A stretch of DNA of 64,000 nucleotides from Bacteroidota bacterium (GCA_018267315.1 JAFDYS010000050.1:123-64122); one strand, 5' to 3'. Shown: positions 10,215 to 20,320, counted from the first letter of the stretch. Numbers and translations are program-made. The notes: generated by a model from the sequence alone, not told the origin.

Positions 10215-11084
10215 TCAGAGCACATTGAGCAATTGTTCCTTGATCTTCTCCAGCTCATCCTTCATTTGCACCACAATCTTTTGAATGCCGGCATGGTTGG
10301 CTTTGGAGCCCAACGTATTGATTTCCCTTCCCATTTCCTGGGAGATAAAATTAAGGCGGCGCCCGTTCGATTCTTTTTCATCGAGTGTCTTCAGAAAAAA
10401 ATCACAATGACTTTTGAGTCTTACCTTCTCTTCACTGAAATCGAGACGCTCGAGGTAGAAAATCAATTCCTGCTCGAGGCGGTTTCGGTCCATTTCTTCC
10501 GATGCAAGGTTTTCGCTGATCTGGGCATGAAGCCGCTGCTTCACATTTTCAATACGGCTCTTTTCATGCGGCTCCACTTCCTGCAACAACTCCAGCAACC
10601 GCTTCACATTCTCATCCAATGAATGTTCCAGTGCCCGGCCTTCGTTGGTCCTGAACATAACCAGGTCGCCGAGCGCTTTATTCAAAACGCGTTTGGCAAG
10701 CTCCCATTCTTCTTCGCTAATGCTTCCTTTCTCGGGGCTCATCACATCAGGCATTTTGAATGCAAGCGCCAGCAGGTTTTTCTTGCTTTCACCTAATTCT
10801 TTTGCCAGCGATTTAATTTCTCTGTAGTATGCCTTCAGCAATTCACGGTTGATGGTGGAAGCGGCACCGGCTTCACTCTGCCAGATCACCGTTGCATCAA
10901 TTTTACCGCGCTGCAGCTGATCCGTAATGACAGACCGGATCTCCTGCTCCTTCTCACGCAGGAATGCGGAAACGCGCAGGTTAAGATCAAGGTATCGGTT
11001 GTTCAACGATCGCAACTCGACTTTGACGGTCACTCCATTCATACTCTCTTCCGCTTTGCCATAACCGGTCATTGATAAAATCAT
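10215..11084 (-). CDS. yicC: YicC-family stress-induced protein
   Basis: N-terminal MTGYGKAE and a C-terminal INTLGSKAN-type motif. Length of 289 aa is typical of YicC. Confidence 0.85.
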   Translation of the reverse strand: MILSMTGYGKAEESMNGVTVKVELRSLNNRYLDLNLRVSAFLREKEQEIRSVITDQLQRGKIDATVIWQSEAGAASTINRELLKAYYREIKSLAKELGESKKNLLALAFKMPDVMSPEKGSISEEEWELAKRVLNKALGDLVMFRTNEGRALEHSLDENVKRLLELLQEVEPHEKSRIENVKQRLHAQISENLASEEMDRNRLEQELIFYLERLDFSEEKVRLKSHCDFFLKTLDEKESNGRRLNFISQEMGREINTLGSKANHAGIQKIVVQMKDELEKIKEQLLNVL

Positions 11085-11141
11085 ATGCTGGAATTTGAGG
11101 TGAAGATAGGAGGTGTTGATTTAGCGGTGCGATCCGCAGGA

Positions 11142-12065
11142 TTACTTCGGTTGTATGAATCGTTCCTTGAGTGCTGAAAAAGTAAACGCATTTTTCATAC
11201 TCACCAGGTAAACGCCCAGGAATATGAGTGCCGTAGCTACCACTTTAATGAGCGGATATTCATCCCGGTTGAGCAGCAGGGCGATCAAGGTAGCCAGCGC
11301 CGGCTGCAGGTAAATGTAAATGCCTACTACGGACGGGGCGGCATAACGCATGGCCAGGGTGTTGAGCAGGTAGGCAAAGAAAGTTGTGAAGATGACAATG
11401 AAAGAAAGCTCAAGCCAAATATGCCGGGGGAATACATGCCAGCTGATTGCCGAAAACTCTGACCATCCAACCGGAAGCACGAAGAACCACCCGAAAATAA
11501 AAACCCAGGTGATCACGGTGATGGGATGATATTTCTTCATCAGCGGTTTCACGATCACCAGGTAGATGGCATAACTGGTAGCATTGAGCAGAACGAAAAT
11601 GTCGCCCATGGTTTGTCCGGAACCGCGTGTGATTTCCTTGCCGGAAAGAATCACCAGCACAGCGCCTGCTGCTCCGCAAATCACACCCGCGATTTTCAGC
11701 CACGTGATTTTTTCATCGTGAAATATTCCTGACAAGAGCAAAACGAGTATCGGCGTGGTCGTCATCATCAGTGCGGCATTAATGGGCGTAGTGATGGAGA
11801 GTCCCTTGAAGAAAAGCAGCTGGTTGATGGCAACGCCGAAGAGCCCGCAAAGAATGAGCAACCCATAATCCCTGCGTTCCACCTTTTCCTTCTCCATCGC
11901 CAGCTTGTAACCGATGAACAATGCACCGGCCACCGTAACCCGGATCACAATGGCTCCGAACGGTTTTATGTAATGCGGTACCACATCTTTTGCAACGGTG
12001 AAACTCAGGGCATAGATGAGATTGGCGAGAAAGAGATAGAGATGCGTTCGCAGCTTTTCACTCAT
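11142..12065 (-). CDS. EamA/DMT-family transporter
   Basis: About ten hydrophobic helices in two halves, the typical EamA layout. I chose the ATG at 12065 (MSEKLRTHLYLFL) over the upstream TTG of the ORF track. Confidence 0.75.
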   Translation of the reverse strand: MSEKLRTHLYLFLANLIYALSFTVAKDVVPHYIKPFGAIVIRVTVAGALFIGYKLAMEKEKVERRDYGLLILCGLFGVAINQLLFFKGLSITTPINAALMMTTTPILVLLLSGIFHDEKITWLKIAGVICGAAGAVLVILSGKEITRGSGQTMGDIFVLLNATSYAIYLVIVKPLMKKYHPITVITWVFIFGWFFVLPVGWSEFSAISWHVFPRHIWLELSFIVIFTTFFAYLLNTLAMRYAAPSVVGIYIYLQPALATLIALLLNRDEYPLIKVVATALIFLGVYLVSMKNAFTFSALKERFIQPK

Positions 12066-12190
12066 GTGCGGCAAAGCTACATGTTAGCTTAACCAAATCT
12101 TATTCAAAGCATGTTCAGTATGTAAGATCATTGGACAAGTACGGCCGGCGCCATTCAATCAACCCGGGACGATGACCCGCTGTATTGAAC

Positions 12191-15100
12191 TTAGAAATCC
12201 AGTCCCATGGAAAAATGCCAGCGCGGCTTTTGTTTGGCGCCGCTGTCAACACCGCGGGCATAATCAAGCCGGAGAAAATAACCGAGGATGGTTGTTCGCG
12301 CTCCCAGTCCGTAACCGTACACAATCGGCTCGCGGAAATAATTTACGTGAACAGAAATAGGTCCCTGTGTCACATCCACGGAGTTGAACGGATTGTCTTT
12401 GTCATAAGGCGACACGCCCTGCCAGGCCGTACCCGCATCAAAGAAGCCGACAAACTGGAAGTTCTTTACAAAGTCAGAACGAATGGGTGTATTGAGAAGG
12501 TATGAGAAAATCGGGAACCGCAACTCCGTATTCACGAGCGCATATGAGTTTCCATTTCTGATATTTTGCTGGAAGCCGCGCAGGTTGGTGGCTAATGTCT
12601 GAAACGCATAACCCGCATTCAGGTCAACCGGTGTTTCGGTATTGAATGCGGGGAGAAATTCATTCTCCGCTGCACCGAGGTAATACACCACTTTCTGGTC
12701 GCCCCAGCTTGTGGCGCCATTCAACCGGGTGGCCCAGATCAAATTGCGGTTGATCCGAAAATAATAACGCGCATCGAAACCCGCAGCAAAGAGATAGGTT
12801 TTCTTTTGATCGAGCTGGCGCTGCACATCACCATACACTTTGTAGCGAAGCCCGTCGTAGATGTTGGTTTGAATTTTCATGGTGTTATCGAACACATATT
12901 CCAACCGCACACTCAGCCATTCACTGTTGTTTTGAGGAAGGATTAAACTAAAGGTGTCTGTTGACAGGTAATTGGTTCTGTCATTACGGAACGTGAAGCT
13001 GCCACGGAAGCTGCGAAGCAGATCGAGCGGGTACCGGAAAGTGGCATCGGCTACGTAGGTGCGCACTTTGGCATTGACCGGCAGGTACCACACCGGCGTA
13101 TAATCGTAAGCAAGCGCCACGGATTTGCGGTACACGGTAAATTTCTTATCGAGCCGGTGCTTCAGGTTTTCGTATGTGAGGAAATATTCTGTTCCGTCAA
13201 ACTGCGTGGGGAAACGGAAGCCACCCTGGATACGGTAATCCTCCATGAGGTCCGTCATGTTCGCACTCAGGAAAACATTAAAGTCAGGATTATCGAACTG
13301 CCCGCCGAAAGCGCCGAACGGCTGATACCGCGTTACAATTAAGCTGTTATCTATTTGCGTGGTGATGGATGAAGTTGAAAATTTCACCGAGTACGGCAGG
13401 ATGCGTGAAAACCGGAAGGGCGGATTTTTCTTTTCCTGCGTTGCCGATTCAGGTAGAACCTTGGTAGGACTGAAAAGGAAATCACTCTGGAAATAGTAGT
13501 TATCGGCATTCACCGTATCGGCACGCATGGTATCGTTCAGCTTGGCCGGTTTCAAATCATTCACCGGCGCTTCGATGCGAATGGTATTGGACGGCTCCAT
13601 CTTTGAATACATGGCCCTGGCATATTCCGTGAGCGGCAGCACCATGGCTGCGCCGGTATCCACTGAAGATTTCACTACGGAAATCCGGTACTTGCCGTTG
13701 GTGTAAATCAACTGCGCCATTTTGCCGGCCCGCACAGCAGCATCCTGTTCAAGAATGGAATATGAATAATTGGTGGACGGAGAAAGGATGGCTGTATCGC
13801 GGTACACCGGAAGCTTCAGCGTGGAATCGGGTTGCAGTGTTTTTGATGCAATCAGTGAATCCATGTTGTAAGCAGGATTCAGCACGGTGGAGTCAGGAAA
13901 ATAGTAGTACCGGTCGTTGTGATCAAACACGCTGTCAATATGCCCGGTAAAACGATTGTAGATGCCGTTGTAATCACTGAGGAATGAAAAATTCTCCTTG
14001 TTAAACCCCGCTGCAAAATTTTCATTGGCAAAATCAGAATTCGTTATGCGCAGCAGCGACTTGGTTTTCTTTTTCATGTTGTAGAAAAACAGATTGTAAT
14101 TGCCGATCGGTCGCGTGGTATCGGCATTAAACGTGCGTAAGGTATCATTAATCCGGTTGGACGTGAACAGAATGCCCTGCCGTGTCGGCAGTTTCACGAA
14201 CACCGGATTCAAATCATCATAATAATCATTGGTGATCTGCTCCAGTTTGCCGGAGCGCAGGTTGTATTGATAAATGTCAGACTGCCCTTTGTTTTCAGCC
14301 GAAAGCACAATGGTGTTCGCATCACTGTAACCGAACCCAAAAACTTTCTGGAAACTCACAATATCATCCTTCTCCTTTTTGAATTTCTTCAAATCCACAT
14401 GCACCACCCTTGTCTTGTTTCTGCGCTGGTACATGATGGTGAGTTCATCGCCGGAAGGTGAAAAGGCAAGCTGTGGCTGCATGTAATCAATCGGCTGAGT
14501 CATGTTTTTGAAGCCGCCCCGGAAAACAGTCTTTGACTTGTCCTTATCCAGATCGCGGTAGCATACCCTGAAGCGCCCGAGGTTATTCTTCACAAAAGCC
14601 AGCCCGGAGGCATCGTTGTTGATGCGCAGTTCATGAATCACCTGCGGCGATTTCTGCTTCAAGGCGATCACGCTCCGCTCATCGGGCTGGTTGCGGTTCT
14701 TCTCATCTTCGGTGAATTGATTGTAGTAGTAATCGTAGAATTCATTCAGAAAATCCTTTGTCGTTTTTCCGAATACAAAACTGAAACCGCTTTCCATGCT
14801 TCGGTTGATGCGCGTGAGGTAAAGCAGATTGGGAATGGCCGGCTCGCCGTACTTATCTGCTATGTAGTGCCAAACGGCATGCCCCGCAAACCGGGCATCG
14901 GCACCGGTGAGCTTGTTGAGTTTTTTGTATTTGCCGCTCATGATGCCGTTGCGCAGCATGTTATCATTCTCTGAACTCCACGGTTGGCCCACATAGGAAG
15001 TGAGTCCCTCTTTAAACCAGAGTGGCAACTTCAGCAACACCGCATTCTGCACGGCCTCTCCCAAACTGCCGCCATAGAGCATGTTGCTCAGGAAGATGGC

Positions 15101-15547
15101 GGCAATACCTTCGCGGATCTGCTTACGCAGGTGCTGGTGATTACCGTCAAAGTAGATGAACATTTTGTTGCCGATGATCTTGGTTACGCCACCCGTGTTA
15201 TTCTGATCAATGCCGTAACCAATGTTTGACTGCTTCAGATCATCGAGGTTGTTATACACCATAATGTCAATGCGGTCCACCATCTTGAACTCAAGTTTCT
15301 TCTCGATGTCGTTCATTTCCTTCTCGGCATCTACAATAGTGAATTTGCCGATATCCTGTCCGCCGAGGTAGTAGTAAACATAAAACCGCTCTGACTGGTA
15401 GTATGACCACACGAAGTCTTTGTACTGCACACGGTTCTGCCCGAATAGCTGATCCGGTGTCTGCTGTGCGAAGGAATTGATACTCTGAAACAGAATGCCC
15501 AGCATTCCGCACAGGGTGAAGAATCGAATAACTTTGCCGCGCTTCAT
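12191..15547 (-). CDS. Omp85-superfamily outer-membrane beta-barrel protein with a large non-POTRA periplasmic region
   Basis: The C-terminal ~300 aa carry Omp85/BamA barrel motifs (NLRGF, ELRFPIF, FFDAGTAW, terminal HFSMGLDF). The start was moved to the internal Met that gives a signal peptide (MKRGKVIRFFTLCGMLGILFQSINSFAQQ). The middle region shows TolB/PD40-like stretches (LAFSPSGDELTIMY, GILFTSNR). Confidence 0.7.
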   Translation of the reverse strand: MKRGKVIRFFTLCGMLGILFQSINSFAQQTPDQLFGQNRVQYKDFVWSYYQSERFYVYYYLGGQDIGKFTIVDAEKEMNDIEKKLEFKMVDRIDIMVYNNLDDLKQSNIGYGIDQNNTGGVTKIIGNKMFIYFDGNHQHLRKQIREGIAAIFLSNMLYGGSLGEAVQNAVLLKLPLWFKEGLTSYVGQPWSSENDNMLRNGIMSGKYKKLNKLTGADARFAGHAVWHYIADKYGEPAIPNLLYLTRINRSMESGFSFVFGKTTKDFLNEFYDYYYNQFTEDEKNRNQPDERSVIALKQKSPQVIHELRINNDASGLAFVKNNLGRFRVCYRDLDKDKSKTVFRGGFKNMTQPIDYMQPQLAFSPSGDELTIMYQRRNKTRVVHVDLKKFKKEKDDIVSFQKVFGFGYSDANTIVLSAENKGQSDIYQYNLRSGKLEQITNDYYDDLNPVFVKLPTRQGILFTSNRINDTLRTFNADTTRPIGNYNLFFYNMKKKTKSLLRITNSDFANENFAAGFNKENFSFLSDYNGIYNRFTGHIDSVFDHNDRYYYFPDSTVLNPAYNMDSLIASKTLQPDSTLKLPVYRDTAILSPSTNYSYSILEQDAAVRAGKMAQLIYTNGKYRISVVKSSVDTGAAMVLPLTEYARAMYSKMEPSNTIRIEAPVNDLKPAKLNDTMRADTVNADNYYFQSDFLFSPTKVLPESATQEKKNPPFRFSRILPYSVKFSTSSITTQIDNSLIVTRYQPFGAFGGQFDNPDFNVFLSANMTDLMEDYRIQGGFRFPTQFDGTEYFLTYENLKHRLDKKFTVYRKSVALAYDYTPVWYLPVNAKVRTYVADATFRYPLDLLRSFRGSFTFRNDRTNYLSTDTFSLILPQNNSEWLSVRLEYVFDNTMKIQTNIYDGLRYKVYGDVQRQLDQKKTYLFAAGFDARYYFRINRNLIWATRLNGATSWGDQKVVYYLGAAENEFLPAFNTETPVDLNAGYAFQTLATNLRGFQQNIRNGNSYALVNTELRFPIFSYLLNTPIRSDFVKNFQFVGFFDAGTAWQGVSPYDKDNPFNSVDVTQGPISVHVNYFREPIVYGYGLGARTTILGYFLRLDYARGVDSGAKQKPRWHFSMGLDF

Positions 15548-15591
15548 AAAAACAAATCGCTCAGGGATTCCGAAAGTAAAACATTTTAAGC

Positions 15592-16266
15592 ATGGCATAT
15601 ATCCATCATTTCATCTTCAATAATTTTCAGGAGAACACTTACATCATCTGGGATGAAACCCATGAAGCCGTAATCATAGACCCGGGCTGCTATTACCCCG
15701 AAGAAAAGAGTGATCTGAAGAAATTCATTGAAGGAAAAAAACTGAATGTGGTTTTACTGCTCAACACCCATGGCCATCTCGATCATGTATTCGGTAATAA
15801 ATGGGTGAAAGAAACTTATGGGGTTCCCTTCCTCGCCCACCGTGATGATGAACTTTTTTTGAAACGCATGAAAGAGACCGCCGCGATGTATGGCTTCGGC
15901 GTAGAAGAGTCTCCCCTGCCCGACCGGTATCTGGAAGAAGGTGATGAAGTGAAATTCGGTAAAACCACGCTGCAGGTGATTCATGCTCCGGGTCATTCAC
16001 CGGGCAGTGTATGTTTCGTTTCCAGAGAAGATGCATTCCTCATCGGGGGTGATGTGCTTTTTGAAGGAAGCATCGGGCGGTTTGATTTGCCGGGAGGAAA
16101 CTATGAAACGCTGATGCAAAGCATTTTCATCAAACTGATGCAGTTGCCGGATGACATGCGTGTTTACAGTGGGCACGGATCCATGACTACGATTGGTGCG
16201 GAGAGAAAGAACAATCCGTTTCTGCTCGAATATGAGATAGAATCAAAAAAAATCTCAGCGGGCTGA
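15592..16266 (+). CDS. MBL-fold metallo-hydrolase (glyoxalase II-like)
   Basis: NTHGHLDH (HxHxDH) motif, HAPGHSPGS and SGHG motifs. Length is 224 aa. Confidence 0.85.
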   Translation: MAYIHHFIFNNFQENTYIIWDETHEAVIIDPGCYYPEEKSDLKKFIEGKKLNVVLLLNTHGHLDHVFGNKWVKETYGVPFLAHRDDELFLKRMKETAAMYGFGVEESPLPDRYLEEGDEVKFGKTTLQVIHAPGHSPGSVCFVSREDAFLIGGDVLFEGSIGRFDLPGGNYETLMQSIFIKLMQLPDDMRVYSGHGSMTTIGAERKNNPFLLEYEIESKKISAG

Positions 16267-16315
16267 TGCGGCGACCGGCACTGGCATAACTCTTCGTGAA
16301 CTTCAGTCCTGGTTT

Positions 16316-16804
16316 TTAACTGATCTCCTCGAAAGTGCCGGTCTTCCTGTTCTTGGTTACGTTGTTCCAGTTGAAGTGGCGGCCGTTCATGGCGATGTAA
16401 ACGCCATGAGGCAGGGTATCGGCATATGCGATCGCGCTGCCGAGGTTGAAGAATCCGTCGGATGAGCGAAACTGATACGGAATCATGGCGCCGGTGAGAA
16501 CAATGGTTTTGGGTAGTTTGGCTTCACCCAGCAGCCGGGCTGTGATCTCCATCGTATCGGTGCCATGGGTGATCACGATCTTGCCTTCATCGCACTGCGC
16601 GCAATAGTTGAGAATGATCTGCCTGTCGGCATCTTTCATTTCCAGTGAATCAATCATCATCAGCGTACGAACTTCTGCATCCACGGTGCATCGTCCGAGC
16701 CGCAGCATTTCAGGAACATGCGTTTCTTTAAAGTACAGGTTACCGGACAACTCATCATATTCCTTATCAAATGTTCCTCCTGTAACAAGAATCATTACGC
16801 TCAT
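16316..16804 (-). CDS. Stand-alone asparaginase N-terminal-domain protein
   Basis: VTGGTFDK (catalytic-Thr region) and THGTDTM motifs of L-asparaginase. At 162 aa it is about half the length of a canonical enzyme. Confidence 0.7.
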   Translation of the reverse strand: MSVMILVTGGTFDKEYDELSGNLYFKETHVPEMLRLGRCTVDAEVRTLMMIDSLEMKDADRQIILNYCAQCDEGKIVITHGTDTMEITARLLGEAKLPKTIVLTGAMIPYQFRSSDGFFNLGSAIAYADTLPHGVYIAMNGRHFNWNNVTKNRKTGTFEEIS

Positions 16805-16958
16805 GGGGTGGGTGTTTTGCTCTGCAAAATAGAAATTCCATTTTCTGCCACGATTGCCCGGTTCCCGTCCAAAAAATAATTATTGACATACCGTATGGAA
16901 TGCTGGATAATGTCCCTACCTTTTCTGGAACATTTTTTACTAACCTAAAAAACACCCA

Positions 16959-18461
16959 ATGAAAAAGCTAATTACCCTTTTGCTGGCTGCACTCCTTGCC
17001 CAAGCGGTGCATGCCCAATGGTCGATTGTCGGTCAAGCGTTCATCGGTACCGTTCGCGCTGTGTACTTTCAAGATGTGAACACCGGATTTGCCGCCGGAG
17101 GCGATGGCGCGACACTTGGCTTTATTGCCAAAACAAATGACGGCGGTGTCACGTGGACTTCAACATCAATCAGTGGTACCATTCTGCTGAGATCCATTGC
17201 CTTTGTGGATGAAAACACCGGGTATATCTGCGGCCATAGCGGCGTTTTGTTGAAAACAACAGATGGCGGTAATACCTGGACTAACATCTATACAAACGCA
17301 TCGCAAACATTCCGTGCCATTGATTTCATTTCATCAACCACTGGTTTGATGGCTGGAGCGGCAGGTACTATCTGGAAAACGACCGACGGAGGCACTTCAT
17401 GGTCCTCAACGTCACTCGGAATTTCAAGTGATGTGATTCAGCTTGACATGATTGACGAAAACACAGGATACGCCTGTGCCTCCAGCGGCGTTTCGCCGTT
17501 TGGAAATGGTTACGTGTTCAAAACCACAGACGGCGGCACCTCCTGGTCGCAGGTTTATTCTGATGCAAGCATCGGATTCCTCGGAATGGCTGCATTGGAT
17601 GTTAACACCATTTATGCCGGAGGAACGAATCAAAACATAATCAAATCAACCGATGGAGGGTTAACATGGTCAACTGTGTTTTCAGGAATTATCGGGCCGG
17701 CTATTCGAACCGGATTTGCAGTTACATCCGACAGAATTTATATGGCAGATGACAACGGCTACATTCAGTTTACGGAAGATGCCGGTACTAACTGGTCGAA
17801 TATCTTTTACGCGGCAGGCGGACTATACGGAATGCATTTCCCAACCAAGACGATTGGTTTTGCCGGTGACCTTTCAGGTAACATCTGGAAGTACGACGCC
17901 GAAGCTACCTGTACTATAAATGCGCCATTGCCGTATGGCGCTTATTACATCACACCAAACAGTGCCGTGCTGAACTGGGAGTCAGTGGCCGGAGCAGTTA
18001 AATACACAGTTAGAATGAGAAGCTATTATGGTGTGTCCAGTTTCAACTCGGTAGCGAATGCCCACATGGTGGACGGGCTAGAGCCAGACACAAAGTACAT
18101 ATGGCAAGTGAAGGCCTATTGCGGCTCGCCAATAGCCGGCGCAAGCGTGTGGTCTTCGAAATCATCATTCTTCACCGATCCGCTGCGCCTCAGCAGCAGC
18201 AATTCACTTTCATTCTTTGATGTGTATCCTAATCCCGTTGTGGACGCAGCAACCATCAGCTTCACACTTGAAGAGGAATCAAATGTCACTGCTATGCTGT
18301 ACACGATTGACGGAAAAGAAATAATGACCATCACCAAACAGCATTATCCGGCAGGCGCCAATCAGGTTTCGTTCGACCGTGGTAACCTGAGTGCAGGTAT
18401 TTACATGGTTCGTTTTATAGAAGGCGACCATGTAATTACCAACAAGATTGTTTTACAGTAA
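16959..18461 (+). CDS. T9SS cargo: Ycf48/BNR-like beta-propeller + fibronectin type III-like domain + C-terminal sorting domain
   Basis: Signal peptide. Repeated T[TN]DGG.[TS]W blocks. An FN3-like segment (NSAVLNWESVAGAVKYTVRM...EPDTKYIWQVKAYC). C-terminus FDVYPNPVVDAATISF...GIYMVRFIEGDHVITNKIVLQ. Confidence 0.8.
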   Translation: MKKLITLLLAALLAQAVHAQWSIVGQAFIGTVRAVYFQDVNTGFAAGGDGATLGFIAKTNDGGVTWTSTSISGTILLRSIAFVDENTGYICGHSGVLLKTTDGGNTWTNIYTNASQTFRAIDFISSTTGLMAGAAGTIWKTTDGGTSWSSTSLGISSDVIQLDMIDENTGYACASSGVSPFGNGYVFKTTDGGTSWSQVYSDASIGFLGMAALDVNTIYAGGTNQNIIKSTDGGLTWSTVFSGIIGPAIRTGFAVTSDRIYMADDNGYIQFTEDAGTNWSNIFYAAGGLYGMHFPTKTIGFAGDLSGNIWKYDAEATCTINAPLPYGAYYITPNSAVLNWESVAGAVKYTVRMRSYYGVSSFNSVANAHMVDGLEPDTKYIWQVKAYCGSPIAGASVWSSKSSFFTDPLRLSSSNSLSFFDVYPNPVVDAATISFTLEEESNVTAMLYTIDGKEIMTITKQHYPAGANQVSFDRGNLSAGIYMVRFIEGDHVITNKIVLQ

Positions 18462-18480
18462 TTGATTGAAGATAAGTAAT

Positions 18481-18516
18481 GAAGCCCTCACGGAAATCGC
18501 GGGGGCTTCTCTTTTT
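18481..18516 (+). terminator. Rho-independent terminator
   Basis: GAAGCCC (18481-18487) / GGGCTTC (18503-18509) stem followed by TCTTTTT. Confidence 0.6.
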
Positions 18517-18613
18517 GTGATGTCTGCTTGCGTCAAAAAAAAATTGAAGAAGTTGAAAGGAAGAAAAATGTAACTTTTCCAACTCATTTCACTCAAAAAC
18601 CAAAACCCATACT

Positions 18614-20296
18614 ATGAAAAAACTTTACGTGCTTTCAATTTTAATGGCTTGCTTGATTGGGGCGCAGGCCCAATGGACACAGGTAGGCACTGCGTTAACC
18701 GGAAGTGTACGCAGTCTCTGGTTCACTGACGAAAATAATGGCTTTGCGGTTGGCGGTAATAACAGTAACCTGGGTTATATCGCCAAAACCTCTGACGGAG
18801 GTGTCAACTGGACATCTGCTTCTTACAGTGGCACCGCTCTGTTACGCTCCATCTTTTTCACTTCCGCTGACACCGGATATACCTGCGGGCAAGGTGGGCT
18901 GGTACTGAAAACAACAGATGGTGGTGATACCTGGTCCACCCTTTATACCAATGTAGCGCAATACTTCAGGGCTGTTGCGTTTGTTTCAGCCGATGTGGGC
19001 ATGCTGGGCGGTGCAGCAGGAACAATTTTGCGAACGACCGATGCCGGCTCAAGCTGGACGACCATTAACCTTGGTCAAACTACAAGTGACATCATTCAGT
19101 TGAAGATGTTCGATGCTACCACCGGTTTCGCCGTTGCCTCATCCGGTACTTTCGTTTCAGGATATATTTACCGGACAACCGACGGCGGTGAAACCTGGGA
19201 ACAGGTTTATAGTGATGCAAACAAAGGATTCCTCGCACTCACCATTATTGATGCCTCCACCATTTATGCTGGAGGATACGGCCAAACCATTTTGAAATCA
19301 ACGGACGGGGGCGACACCTGGGTGTCGGTCTATTCCGGTTATGCTGCCAGTTCGTTCCGCGCAGCCGCTCATGCATCAGCTGATAGAATATTCATGGTGG
19401 ATGATGGAACCGGAAACTTGAGCAATGGGAGCATCGTGAGCACTTCGGATGGTGGTGCAAGCTGGGTGGATTCAGCTTACACCGGAATCATTTGGCTGTG
19501 CGTTTCCTTTCCTTCAGCGAGTGTCGGTTATGCTTCCAACACGGTTGGTACCATCTACAAATATTACTGCGCCATTCCGGGCACACCAGACCTAAGCAGC
19601 GATCCTTTAACGATCTGCAGCGGTGACACGGCAGTATTCAGCATCAGTGATGTAGATGGCGCTACCGGTTACAAATGGATTCTGCCGGACGGTGCTTACA
19701 TTATTGATGGAGATGGCACAACGTCAGTCACGGTGGTATTTGGAATCACCTCAGGTTCCATCTCAGTATTTGCGACGGGCGAATGTGCCGATGGAGAAGC
19801 AGCATATGAGGAAATCACCGTTAACATCACTCCCGCCACACCCATCATCACATTTGATGCTGGGGTATTAAGCTCCAGCGCTGCTTCAGGAAATCAATGG
19901 TACTTCAACGGCGATGAGATTCCCGGCGCCACAGGGCAAACCTATACCCCAACTCAGAATGGAACTTACTCGGTGATGGTCACTGAAAATGGCTGCTCCT
20001 CTCAGTCCGAACCGTATGAGGTGATCGGAGTGGGCATCATGGAATCGGATCACAATTCCATATTCACCGTATCGCCGAACCCCATGAGTGACTTCACGCA
20101 GATCACGATCGAAAATCATTATGCATCGCAACTCATCATCACCGATGTACAGGGCAGAGTGATCATGCAACAACCGGTCAATTCATCCTACGTAATGAAA
20201 ATTGGCCGCCAGCAACTGAGTGAAGGGATGTACATGATCCGTGTTATGAATGAGAAGGACGAACTGCTGGGGCTTTCAAAACTTTTGGTGCAATAA
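18614..20296 (+). CDS. T9SS cargo paralogue: Ycf48/BNR-like beta-propeller + two Ig/PKD-like domains + C-terminal sorting domain
   Basis: The N-terminal ~300 aa align by eye with 16959..18461. The middle has ATGYKWILPDG and NQWYFNGDEIPGATGQTYTPTQNGTYSV motifs. C-terminus FTVSPNPMSDFTQITI...GMYMIRVMNEKDELLGLSKLLVQ. Confidence 0.8.
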   Translation: MKKLYVLSILMACLIGAQAQWTQVGTALTGSVRSLWFTDENNGFAVGGNNSNLGYIAKTSDGGVNWTSASYSGTALLRSIFFTSADTGYTCGQGGLVLKTTDGGDTWSTLYTNVAQYFRAVAFVSADVGMLGGAAGTILRTTDAGSSWTTINLGQTTSDIIQLKMFDATTGFAVASSGTFVSGYIYRTTDGGETWEQVYSDANKGFLALTIIDASTIYAGGYGQTILKSTDGGDTWVSVYSGYAASSFRAAAHASADRIFMVDDGTGNLSNGSIVSTSDGGASWVDSAYTGIIWLCVSFPSASVGYASNTVGTIYKYYCAIPGTPDLSSDPLTICSGDTAVFSISDVDGATGYKWILPDGAYIIDGDGTTSVTVVFGITSGSISVFATGECADGEAAYEEITVNITPATPIITFDAGVLSSSAASGNQWYFNGDEIPGATGQTYTPTQNGTYSVMVTENGCSSQSEPYEVIGVGIMESDHNSIFTVSPNPMSDFTQITIENHYASQLIITDVQGRVIMQQPVNSSYVMKIGRQQLSEGMYMIRVMNEKDELLGLSKLLVQ

Positions 20297-20320
20297 TTAT
20301 TGTATCGGACAGATTACCTA

